Below are positions 30,252 through 40,569 of a stretch of 64,000 nucleotides of DNA, piece by piece. Origin of the DNA: Paraspadella gotoi (Eukaryota; Animalia; Chaetognatha). The notes under the pieces were generated by a model. The model had not been told where the DNA came from. It saw only the letters and a list, made by a program, of their open reading frames with translations, and did not search any database. Position 1 is the stretch's first letter, and each line of letters starts with the position of its first letter. The position numbers were made by a program, and so were the translations under genes. The stretch lies in assembly GCA_051294375.1 (NCBI GenBank), contig CM119269.1, positions 17,160,265 to 17,224,264 of the forward strand. The letters are read 5' to 3'.

Positions 30252-32926
30252 ATGGCGAGAGACGCTCGACCGCCCTCTGGCGGGGAGGCGGGGTCGAGCG
30301 ACGACGACGCGGCCGGCGTAGGACGAAAACTTAGGACGCACTGGCGCGCCATCGCCGCTGCTTCCCTTTGTCACTTTAGCGTTGTTCTTGGCGCCGCCCT
30401 GTCCACTTCACTGCCGCCCTCTGTTGTGCGCAACGCGGTTGACGAAGCTGAGGTAAGACGATATTTGGTAGCGCGGAAATTTCGAGAGGATTATCAGTTG
30501 AGGGATGAGGACTCCTCATTGAGGAGGTTTCGTTAGCGAACCGCGAATGAATTCTGTTTTGGTAGTACTAAATTTTTAAATCGAAATTGATAACTTTGTT
30601 TTTAAATGTTTACAAGGTTCGCTATATTCTATATTTTCCTTAACATTTAATTGAACTTAAACTGATCGTGATCAAATTCAATTCAAAGCTACTAAGTTCC
30701 TCTCCACCGACTTTACTTTTCCACCCAGGGCGAATTCTTTCAAAGCCTCATGGCCTTTTCCTTTTACCTCGGCTCCGCGCTCTCCGCCTATCCTTGGGGC
30801 GCCGTGGTCGACGCCCGCGGACGACGCCTTCCGATGATGATCGGTCTGGGGATTTTGTCGACGACGCAGATCTTCTTCGCCTTCGCCGAAAACCTCTTCG
30901 TCTTCATCGGGTTGAGATTCATTCAGGGTGAGTACTGAGAAGGAAGGGTTTAACGTGTAACGAAAGGAGTTAAAAGATTATTTGATTTTCAAAAACAATT
31001 ATTCGGCAAGTTGCTCAATCGTTGAACTAAATATATGTACAGGGAGGTCCAGCTCTTTTGGGACTAAATTTAAAAAAATCGTTTTGACGGGTAAATAAAT
31101 AAATAATTGATTGAAAATTGGTGCCTTTGTAAAAAGTTTAAAATTAAAGAGATTTAATTTTGGCAACCATAACCGTCTTTAAGTGCCCAGAGAAGGCGAT
31201 CCCGCGCCCATTGGGAATACTATCATTTCTGTCATTATTGTTGCTGTCAGAAAGTCGAGAATTCTAGAGGGGATGCACGAGACTTTTTACTTCTCTATCC
31301 TACATTTTCATTAATCAGAAGGATTGCAGTCAGAAAAACTGCGCGGCCAAAAGTTAGAAGTCACCATCCTTCATCTTGATTTTCGCCGAATTTTCCAAAA
31401 TTTTGTAAGGAAGCGGCGCAAAGAACTTTGACATGTCATGCAAAAGGCTTTAATTACAGTAGTTGCTGTTGAAATTTTTTTCTATCTTAAACCGTTTCGT
31501 GCTGTAAGCACTTAAAGTTAGTCCCATTAGACCTGGACATCCCTGTATTGTACAAATTCAGGACTAATCGACGTCCGCGTGGCAACTCGGGTCATTATCG
31601 CCGACGTTTCCGACGACGCGTCGCATCCCGTCGCTATGACGATCTGGAGCGTCGCTTGGTTTGTAGGCGGCGCCATAGGCTTCTTCGCCGGCGTCTTCCT
31701 CGTCGACAAAGGTGAGTCAGTGAAGTTCGGTGGACAGTTTTACTTAGGTAGTCGACGGATTAAAAAGTTTGAGCCTCGTATGAATTATCAGCTTTTAAGA
31801 ACTTATTGTACGTAAAGAGACCATAATGTTAAGATTATGATTAAATGTTATCGTATCCATCTCCACAACCGCAACAGAATACCTGGAATACCTTGGCGTC
31901 CACTACGCCGTCACACTCGACGAGCGCGTCTACTTTCCTCTCCTCTTCCTCTCCGCCGCCATCTTGACCGCCGCCTGCGCCCTCTTCGTCTATTTCGTCT
32001 TCGCCGAATCGAAGGACATCTGTCGAGGGACTCCGGGTGAGCTCTCTCCCGGCGGATGTCGTTACTCGATCCTTCGACCGGACGGCGACGGTTTTATCGT
32101 CGTCGAGAAAGTCGAAGATCTGAACGACGACGACGACGACGCCGCCAAACGAACGCCGCTCCTCGCCGACCCGCGCCCCACGATCGAGCGCCTCGAGGGT
32201 GTATCTCCCGTCACGACAGCGCCGGTTTTTAACCTCGTCCTACTCGTCGTCGCCGCTTTCTTTTTGACGCTGTTGAGTCACGAGGCGCAAGTAAGGCGCG
32301 CCTTCTATCGGTCCGTCAGGACTAGCGATGACCAATCGGGAGGTGAAATATTGTCGTATTGTCGAGATACGATCGTAATTTTTTTAATACTAGCAAGCTA
32401 AAATACTATAACAGTATTATTATCAATTCCCCAGGTGGCCTTCCTGGAAATCGCCGTCAAGCTCGTTCTCTCCGCCCTCCTCCTTGTCAGCGTGACGTCG
32501 TTGTCAGCGTTCCGCCAGAGCCGCATCGTCGGCTGGTCCGCCTACGGAACCAGCGCCATCGCCATCCTTTGCCTGTCGCTCTTCGTGGCGCTGCGTCAAG
32601 CCACAGGCCACTTGGACGCCGAGCGGGTCCTCTTCTGCATCCAGTTCACCCTCGTCCACTTCTTCGAGTTTCAAATCGCGCGCGGGTTCGCGGTCCTGCT
32701 CAACAACTCTTGCCCTTCTACCCACTGGGGACGAGTCAACGGCGTCGCAGCCATGGGACGCGGCGCCGTTGCCGCCGTGACACCGCTCGTATTCAGCGTC
32801 GTTCTAACGCCGAGTCACTTTCGATGGACGTACGCGGCGGCGACGGGCGTCGTGGGGGCGGCGTACTTGGCCGTCGGGTTCGGCTCTTCGTCGTTGACGG
32901 AGTCAATTAATACTTTCTTCGATTAA
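30252..32926 (+). CDS. major facilitator superfamily transporter (drug:H+ antiporter / ZIFL-MFSD10-like), 484 aa
   Basis: Exons 30252-30452, 30729-30927, 31562-31711, 31878-32290 and 32435-32926 are all GT-AG with consistent phases (1455 nt). The protein has MFS motif A (WGAVVDARGRR), a motif B-like GLRFIQG, multiple hydrophobic TM segments, a central hydrophilic loop with acidic and dileucine-like DDDDDAAKRTPLL, and C-half PSTHWGRVNG. Confidence 0.85.
31040..31545. mobile_element. Tc1/mariner-type MITE, 506 bp, in MFS intron 2
   Basis: Left end TA|CAGGGAGGTCCAGCTCTTTTGGGACTAA; right end reverse complement TA|CAGGGATGTCCAGGTCTAATGGGACTAA. This is a 28-bp TIR with 4 mismatches and TA on both sides; there is no transposase ORF. 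Confidence 0.8.
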
Positions 32927-33433
32927 ATTCCGAAGGGGGGAGGTGTGTGGTGATGGGTTGCGGGGGATGGTCAGCAATGCGGGCTGTGAAAACTAAAAAT
33001 GTCAGATCAGCCATTGGTCTGAGTACTTCATCTACATTTTCATTTATATGCAATTATGCATCAATATGCCCAATTTTATAGTTTACTTTTTGTTCTTTAA
33101 ACCTGTTTTCATAAATGTTATGGTTTTTTTGTTATTATTACTGCGTATTCAGGAAATATTGCCTTTTGCAATATGCATCCTCTTTCCTTGAAACTAAGCA
33201 GGAAGCTCTAAGCGGCCTTGGCTACTGTTCGAAAAAGAATTAGCTTAGAAGAATATGATAAATATTTCTAATTCCCGTTCCTCGACCAGGATATAGTTAA
33301 TTTGTTTGTCATTCATAATAATTAAGCAAAAACTAAAGTAGAACGAGTTGTTTATAAAAGTCATTTAGGAAATGCCGAACTCGTTTCCCTGAATCTCGGA
33401 ATTCTTTTTCGGCGGGGGCAAGTCTTGGCCAGG

Positions 33434-34694
33434 ATGCCTTGCTCGGTGTGCGCGTCAAAGATGAAGGCCAAGGAGGGCGTAATCTCGCAACAGGCCAAGC
33501 TAAACGTTAACAGCAATAAGTAATGAATCGGATTTGATGACTCGTCAAGAATGTGGTTGATATAAATATTTTCAAGGGAGAGCAGCGCCACAGAAGCGAG
33601 CAACTTGGCGGCGCCTTCCTCCGACGTCCAAGAGCCGTCAGGTCTGCGTCAGTAACGCAAATATTGGTTTGTGTTTTTTTCTTAGCTATTGGACTTGACT
33701 AGGGAGTTTTTGATTGATAAGTATTTCTGACTGAGTGAGAAACGCTCGAAATCATAACGTTACACGCGAAAAATGACAATTATTTAGAATAAAAATATCA
33801 TTGCCCAATGAGTAGACACGCCCCCTAATAAAACAAAGGAAAGCGAGAGACATGCCCGGACGAAGTATCTGAATATAGCAACAAACGAAGCCTTATTTGT
33901 CCAACGACGGAAAATATTCCAAAATATACGAGCACAAAAATAATGATGGCTTCAGACTAGTTCTTCCTCAAATCAGTTGTCGAAGTTCACTCGGACGAGG
34001 AAAACCAAGCGCGAGTCATGGCCCTCACCGCCAGCAATTTTCAAAGGTGAGCTTCCGCCCAAGTTAGACACTCTTCCTCAAATGTTAAATTTTCGGTTGT
34101 TTTCTTTTTTTCTTCGCATTGTCAGCGCCGTTGGCAGGGACGTTCACTTCATCAAGTTCTACGCGCCTTGGTGCGGTCATTGCAAGCGCCTGGCTCCGGC
34201 CTGGGAGAAGCTAGCGTCGAAGTTCGATGGCGACCCGAAAATTAAAATCGCCGAGGTACTTGACTGCTGTTGTGTTGATTCAGTCGCTTCTTTGACTGTC
34301 TTTGTCGCGCTAATTTTCGATATAAGTATATTTGTAACGGGATTACGTCTCTAGTTTTTATTTTCTCTGCTTCAGGTTGATTGCTCCGCCTACGAGTCAG
34401 TCTGTCAGAGTGCTAAGGTTGACGGATATCCGACTCTAGTGCTCTACAAAGGTGACGGAGGTTCACGAACAGAGTTTTCACCTTTTCAAAAAATTACTCT
34501 ATTGACTCATGTGTCAGTAAACCAAATTTCGTGGTATAGCTTAAAAAAATAACATTATTGACCATGTTTTTTTTCACTGTAAATATGACTTTTTGTTCGT
34601 TTACCGACCGCCAGATGGAAGAAGAATGGAGGAATACCACGGGAAGCGGGACGTCGAAGAGCTAGCCAGATTCGTGGAACGCTACGCCAAATGA
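33434..34694 (+). CDS. single-domain thioredoxin/PDI-family protein (TXNDC5/ERp46-like domain, WCGHC)
   Basis: Exons 33434-33519, 33577-33641, 33977-34046, 34126-34255, 34376-34451 and 34615-34694 (TGA) have consistent phases. The protein reads ...VMALTASNFQSAVGRDVHFIKFYAPWCGHCKRLAPAWEKLASKFDGDPKIKIAEVDCSAYESVCQSAKVDGYPTLVLYKDGRRMEEYHGKRDVEELARFVERYAK*. AATAAA lies at about 34745. The start codon is uncertain because the frame is open back to an acceptor at 33368. Confidence 0.85.
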
Positions 34695-34940
34695 AGTGGC
34701 AATGGGGCGGGTCCCGAGATGAATAAGATCCCTCAGACGCCAACAATAAAAGAACAAAAAGCAAAGCCGTTTTGTGTTTACTTGGCAGTTAGTTTTAAAC
34801 TCAGCCAAATGACTGACTACTAATGGTAGTAATACTTTGAAGCACAAATTCCACGTCAAAAGCCCCAGTTGACATTATTTTCCGTTTTTAAAAACGATCG
34901 ATGGTTCGAATTGCTCAAGCATTTCAATCGTTTTAAATGT

Positions 34941-35028
<88 letters not shown>

Positions 35029-35044
35029 CTCAATACTCTCTCTC

Positions 35045-35119
<75 letters not shown>

Positions 35120-37145
35120 ATCTCTCTCTTCTCTCTCTCTCTCTCTATCTATCTCTATCTCTCTCTCTCTCTCTGGCTCAATACCCCCTCAATTCAACAA
35201 CGACGCCGACAAAAAACTTCTCTCTTGCCATTTTTTTTTCTTCACTTTCCTCTAAATGTTATGGATGCGGTTTTTCTAAGAAACTCTATCTCGAGCGCCC
35301 CCCCCCATACGCCCCCACGCCATCGAAGCGATACACTTTTTCTCTCCGCGCGATGTTGTTAAAAACGGGCCGCATTGAAATTCTTCGATAAACATTATTT
35401 CGATGTCCGTGGCGAATTCCTTTCAGGCTCGAGGACGTTTATGGCAAAAGCAAGAATTACTTCGGGGTTTTTTTTTTTTTATTCTTAATGCTCGGCATTA
35501 TGCTGTGAAGGTTTCGATCCGAATACTTTTTTTTTTCAAAAACGTGGCATCTCCTCTAAGCTTAGATGCTTTAATTTTTTTTTTTAATTTAGTTACGGCT
35601 ATGAGTGACAGAGAGAAAATTGTTTTCGTGACATAGTAAGAACTCAGTTATATCGTATTTGTATAAAAATAAAAGTCGAATCCGCACACAGTAATGATAC
35701 GTAACGATACGTAGATGATAGAAATGACGCGGTGTAAATAGCGATGCGAAGAAAGAAAAAAAAAGAGAAATGGCGGTGATCGATTCTCGCCATCCCGCGT
35801 GATGCCAATGCAATAAGATCCTTTTCAATCTCGAACCATTCAGCGGCGACCGTCTAGTCGCCGGCGGCGCCGGTGGCGGCAGTTTATTTTTATGCAAAGT
35901 CGGTTTTTCCTCGACATCATTTCGTAGCCTCTATTTTTACGTCAAAACTATCAAAGAATTTATTATTATAATTATTCTTATTTTTTCTAAGATGTTTTTA
36001 TCCTAGAGTCGTTACGATGGACGTAACGATGGTTCTAAAGTACGGACGTTTTTTAAATCAAAAAAATATATATTTTAGTACTTATTAGTATGGATCTGGA
36101 ATTGCTTTTTCGAAAAACTGAGATGAGGGGAATAATTTCGGTTTTTGGGTCATAAACAAACTCGTTATTCATTCCAACATTCGAACATCCCTTATTTGAG
36201 GACATTATCGAGTCAAGGGGCATTTTCACCACGCATCTTTCTTATTTTTCGGAGAAGAGAAGGGAAGGGAGGGAGAGAGAGATAGGGCGACTGAGAAACG
36301 GAGGAAAAAACAGAAACATGAATATATATTTGCAATGACTCGGAGTCAGAGAGAGAGAGAGTAACTATTGCTCCGAAGTGCCATTAACATTACTTGAGTT
36401 TTCGCCATCATTACGTCCCCACTCAGAAAGTGGCCAGAGGACACGGCCTGATCACCGGGCATTAAAAGTTCAAGAATATCGCCCCCGGCATCCCTGCCCC
36501 GTCGGGGCCGTCTCCACCCCCGAGCCTCGTGACCCCGGGGGTCACCGTCCAAGGGTCACGCTTCTTCGGTCATAAATACATGAAGTCAACAACGCTTCGC
36601 CTTCTCCCCTTCTCTCCCCCTCAGCCACGCAAAATCGACAATAAAACTAAAAGCCCGCGGCGAGAAACAGAATAACCTTTTTTAAACAAAACAAAATCAA
36701 AGAATTCAAATTATTTGAGTCATCGTCGTCTATGATAAGAATAATAAATACATTTATTAATTTTCGAAGAATTATCATGCTAATTTTCTAATTTTCGTAG
36801 AACCTGGTTAACTTAAAAAACAAATTTACAAATTTACAAATTTACTTATTGTCAGTTGCCTAAGCAGGCATTCCGATCTCAATTCCCATCAACACGCTAC
36901 ACATAAAAAAAAAAACTCCAAAAAAAGAAAGGGGGGAGAAAGAGAAAGAAGAAAAGAACGAGAGTCACTGGCGGGTGGGGCCACTTTGCGCGAGTAACGG
37001 TCGCGGTGAGTCCCGCGTCTGACTCCTCGCCGATAAAAAGGGACGATTCCCAAACAAACTCTCGTGGACGCGCCATTTACTCGGGCCGCAATTCGAAAAA
37101 GGAGGGAGAAATCAGAGACGGAGAGAGAGAGAGAGAGAGAGAGAG

Positions 37146-37183
<38 letters not shown>

Positions 37184-40179
37184 GACAAGCAATCCCGTTT
37201 TATCTCAGAGTCAAGAAGATCCCGCTTTCGCGTCGTTGCCGCGCGTTAGATTCTTGGCGTGTATTCGTCGATACCAAGTCACTAGTGGTCGTGAACGTTG
37301 GTGGTTTCAGCCGGCGTGAAATGGGAGCCTTTGCAAAGCGGATGTTAACCGGTAGAAAAATGGGTTTAATTTATTCACAAATTTTTTATTTGTTTATTTC
37401 GCTTAAAAACTAACTTAAAAATATTGCAAACACGCTTTCCTATCCCGTCGACCAGCGCCGCTCTACAAGGTGGTAGCGGGAGTAGAAGTGGAACGAAGGG
37501 AAAGACGAAAAGATAAGAAAGAAAAAAGAAAGTAAAAAAAGGAGAGAAAAAAAGGAGGCGAGTTTGAAAGGAGGAAAAGTGAGGTCGCGGCCCCGAGAAC
37601 CGCAAATGAAGCGTCGGTTTATCGACGCTTCCTCCTCTCGAGTTTGGGCGAAGACGACGACGAAATACATGGTGGGGTGGAAAGTGATATGATGGTGAAC
37701 GAAGAGAAGAAAAAAATGAAAGGAGTGGATGAATAGAAGGTTTGAAATTAAAAAAATCCTTGAAGATGATAGATACGTTTTTTTAAAAATATATATGTAT
37801 TTGAAAATAATATAGCCGTATCTAAAAATGTGAAAAAAAAGCAATATTTTTTCGTTTTTACTGAAACACAATGAAAGGCTCAAAATACTAAATCTTTAAA
37901 CGGATGGACAAACAACTATGTCTTCTGGTTCTGCAGAACAACGACTTCATAATCTCCGGTGAAGAACGACGACTTTTCGGTTGGTTCTGAGAAAGAAGAA
38001 AAAAACTGGCTTTCTCTCGAAACTAAAGAAAGAAAAGGAGAATAAAGGAAAGAAAAAAAATTGGTTAATGAGGCGTAGAAAGGGCTCCCCCTTCCAATTC
38101 CGATTGGAACCACTTCAAAAACGGAGCGAAGGGGCACAACATCTCCGATGCCCTCGGCGACGACACTTTGAACGCAAACTACGGCCCGGGTTTATGGGGC
38201 TGAAATAGGGTGGAAGGGGGGGGGGCCGGAGTAAGAGGTGAGAAATGGTATTGATGGTGGTTTGGGGGGCGAGGGAAAATAGTTTACGCTTCTTTCATTG
38301 AGGACGTTGCCGCATTTAGTGAGGTAGAACGTGGAAAGAGAAAAATCGTGATGCCTTCTGTTCTATATTCGGCAAAAACAGAACGAGTGATTGATTGACC
38401 ATTTGGTTTTTCTTGTTCTAGATTCTTAGCATCGAAGCCAACGAGGAGTAGAGAGAGAGAAAAAGAGAGCGCATGAAATAAACGCTGGTCCTAACCCCAA
38501 GCGTCCCTATATCTTCGGACCTCTACCAATATTTTCGCCTTAGTGAACGAGTGACTATATCACCCACTACCCACTTGCCCAAACCCTTTTTTGTTCGACT
38601 GTGGAAAAAAAAACCCGCAGCGCGCTAATGCGAGGCCGTCGCCGCCGCCGCCGTCGACGAGATCCTGATTAACATTCTAGCGCGTCCGAGCGCCGCCCAT
38701 TGTCAACGGTCTCATCGGGGATTCAGGTTAACAATGGACCAAGTCCGTGGCACGAGCTGGCCAAATCATAACAAGGTCCCTAACCGCGAACGGAAGAGGG
38801 TAGGGCAAGAGGAAAGGTTGGGAGGAAGAGGAGATCTAAGGGCTTCGGTATAATGATGACGACGACGATGGTTGTGGCCGAGCGACCGTGATTATGATAA
38901 AGCGTCCCTCATCGAGCACCCTCGCATAAATTCGCGCGCGCTCGCGCCTCCGCAGGCTGAGAAAAATAAATAAATAAAAAAGGATTGGGAGAAATAAAGG
39001 AAAGAACTGGAAAGGCAGGGCCGGTCCGCCGGATCCCGATGGCAATTTGAAAACAAAAATAAATGGAATCGGGTGGCGGCGATGTTCGTTATTAAAATGT
39101 ATGTAAATTTACCACAATCACGAGTGAGAGGAACCGAGGTGAAGGTGATTTATCGAGTTTTAACGGGTAGGGGAAGCGACGGGTGGATGGTTGGCAACGG
39201 GTGGGTCAACTTTTTCAAAAGATCGGATTCTCAAAGACAAATAGACTTTCCAAGAAGGTCGGAATTCTTTTCTTCCTTTCCTACTGAGAGTTGGTCAAAC
39301 GGCCATTCAGAGGTCAGCTACGAGCAGCTCGTAACGTCTTCAGGAGGAAACCCCAACGACCTCACCGCCCATAACCCAATATTCTGTCGGCGGGGTTAAC
39401 TCCAGTCACTTCTCTCGCTCTCTCCCTATTTCGGGCGGGAAACCAAAAAAAAAAAAATCCGCCCCTCGAAACGAAAGCTCGCCTTTGCGCTTCGCCATGA
39501 CCCTTGCCCATGAAAAAGGTCAACCCCTGACCGAACCGATGAAAGAAAGGATGTACCGGAGAAGTGGTCAAAAAAATGGACGGCGAGACTTGGAATGCGA
39601 TTTCCTTAAACGGAAATTCCTACGAGCGCTTTGGCCCTTTTCTTCACTTTTGTTTTCGCTACTTTTATATTCAGTAATTAACTAAAAGTCGATAAAACGA
39701 ACTGATTGCCAGTTTAATATCATTGAACTCCTAAGTTTATATTGACAATTAAATTTCAATAGGTTTAATAGGTTTAAATTCCCATAAAAAATTCAAACAC
39801 TACGGAACGTGAAAAACTGCATTTAATATAAAGTTAAAAAAAGGCAATTTGAAGTAAATTGAAATTAAACGATATTTCTTATTTTCCAGATTATTAGATT
39901 AAAGTAAACGAAATCATTAGATTTAAAATAAACATGTTAAAATATTAATATAAATATAAACGGTGAACAGAAACAAGACATTTTTTTCAATTCCTGGTTG
40001 TATAAAAAACTACCTGGACAATGGTACCTACATTGGGACACTATAAAATACGATAGAGCTAATTTGCTTAGTTCTTGTACTAGCAACAGAAGCTCCTACA
40101 GATTCAAACTTTAACTACGCTATTTCTTTTGGTGGTCGATAATTAATTTCGGTGAGAGGATATAAATATATATAACGTA

Positions 40180-40545
40180 CAGAGTGTCTCAAGCGTACTG
40201 TCACTACAAATAAGCGTTGTGTCAAATTGGTAAGGAGAATTATTAATTTAAAAAACTACCAAAAAGATAAGTTCATACACCATGGTGAAAATCTGTAAGG
40301 AAAGGCCAATAATCATTATTATACTAAGGCGGCAAATTATTATTTAACCAAGAAACTGGTTATTTGAAATATTTGATAAAAAATATTTTTAACATTTGCT
40401 TTGAATGTTGATAAAATGTGAAATTAAAACAACAGATAAAAGTGTAAGAACTTCTGGATCTAACGAGTACAGTAAATACATTTTTTATAATTGTACTGAT
40501 TCACTGTATTCATTTGTAAAGTGACACTACGCTTGAGACACTCTG
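40180..40545. mobile_element. Tc1/mariner-type MITE, 366 bp
   Basis: Left TA|CAGAGTGTCTCAAGCGTACTGTCACTACAAAT; right reverse complement TA|CAGAGTGTCTCAAGCGTAGTGTCACTTTACAAAT. The first 18 bp are a perfect match, TA flanks both ends, and the interior is AT-rich and non-coding. Confidence 0.85.
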
Positions 40546-40569
40546 TATAACAACATCCTACTCCCAGAT

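Noticed and set aside
39253-39390. GAAGGTCGGA and ATAACCCAAT resembling RNase P RNA CR-I and CR-V
   Set aside because: They are only ~110 nt apart and the P4 helix cannot form properly.
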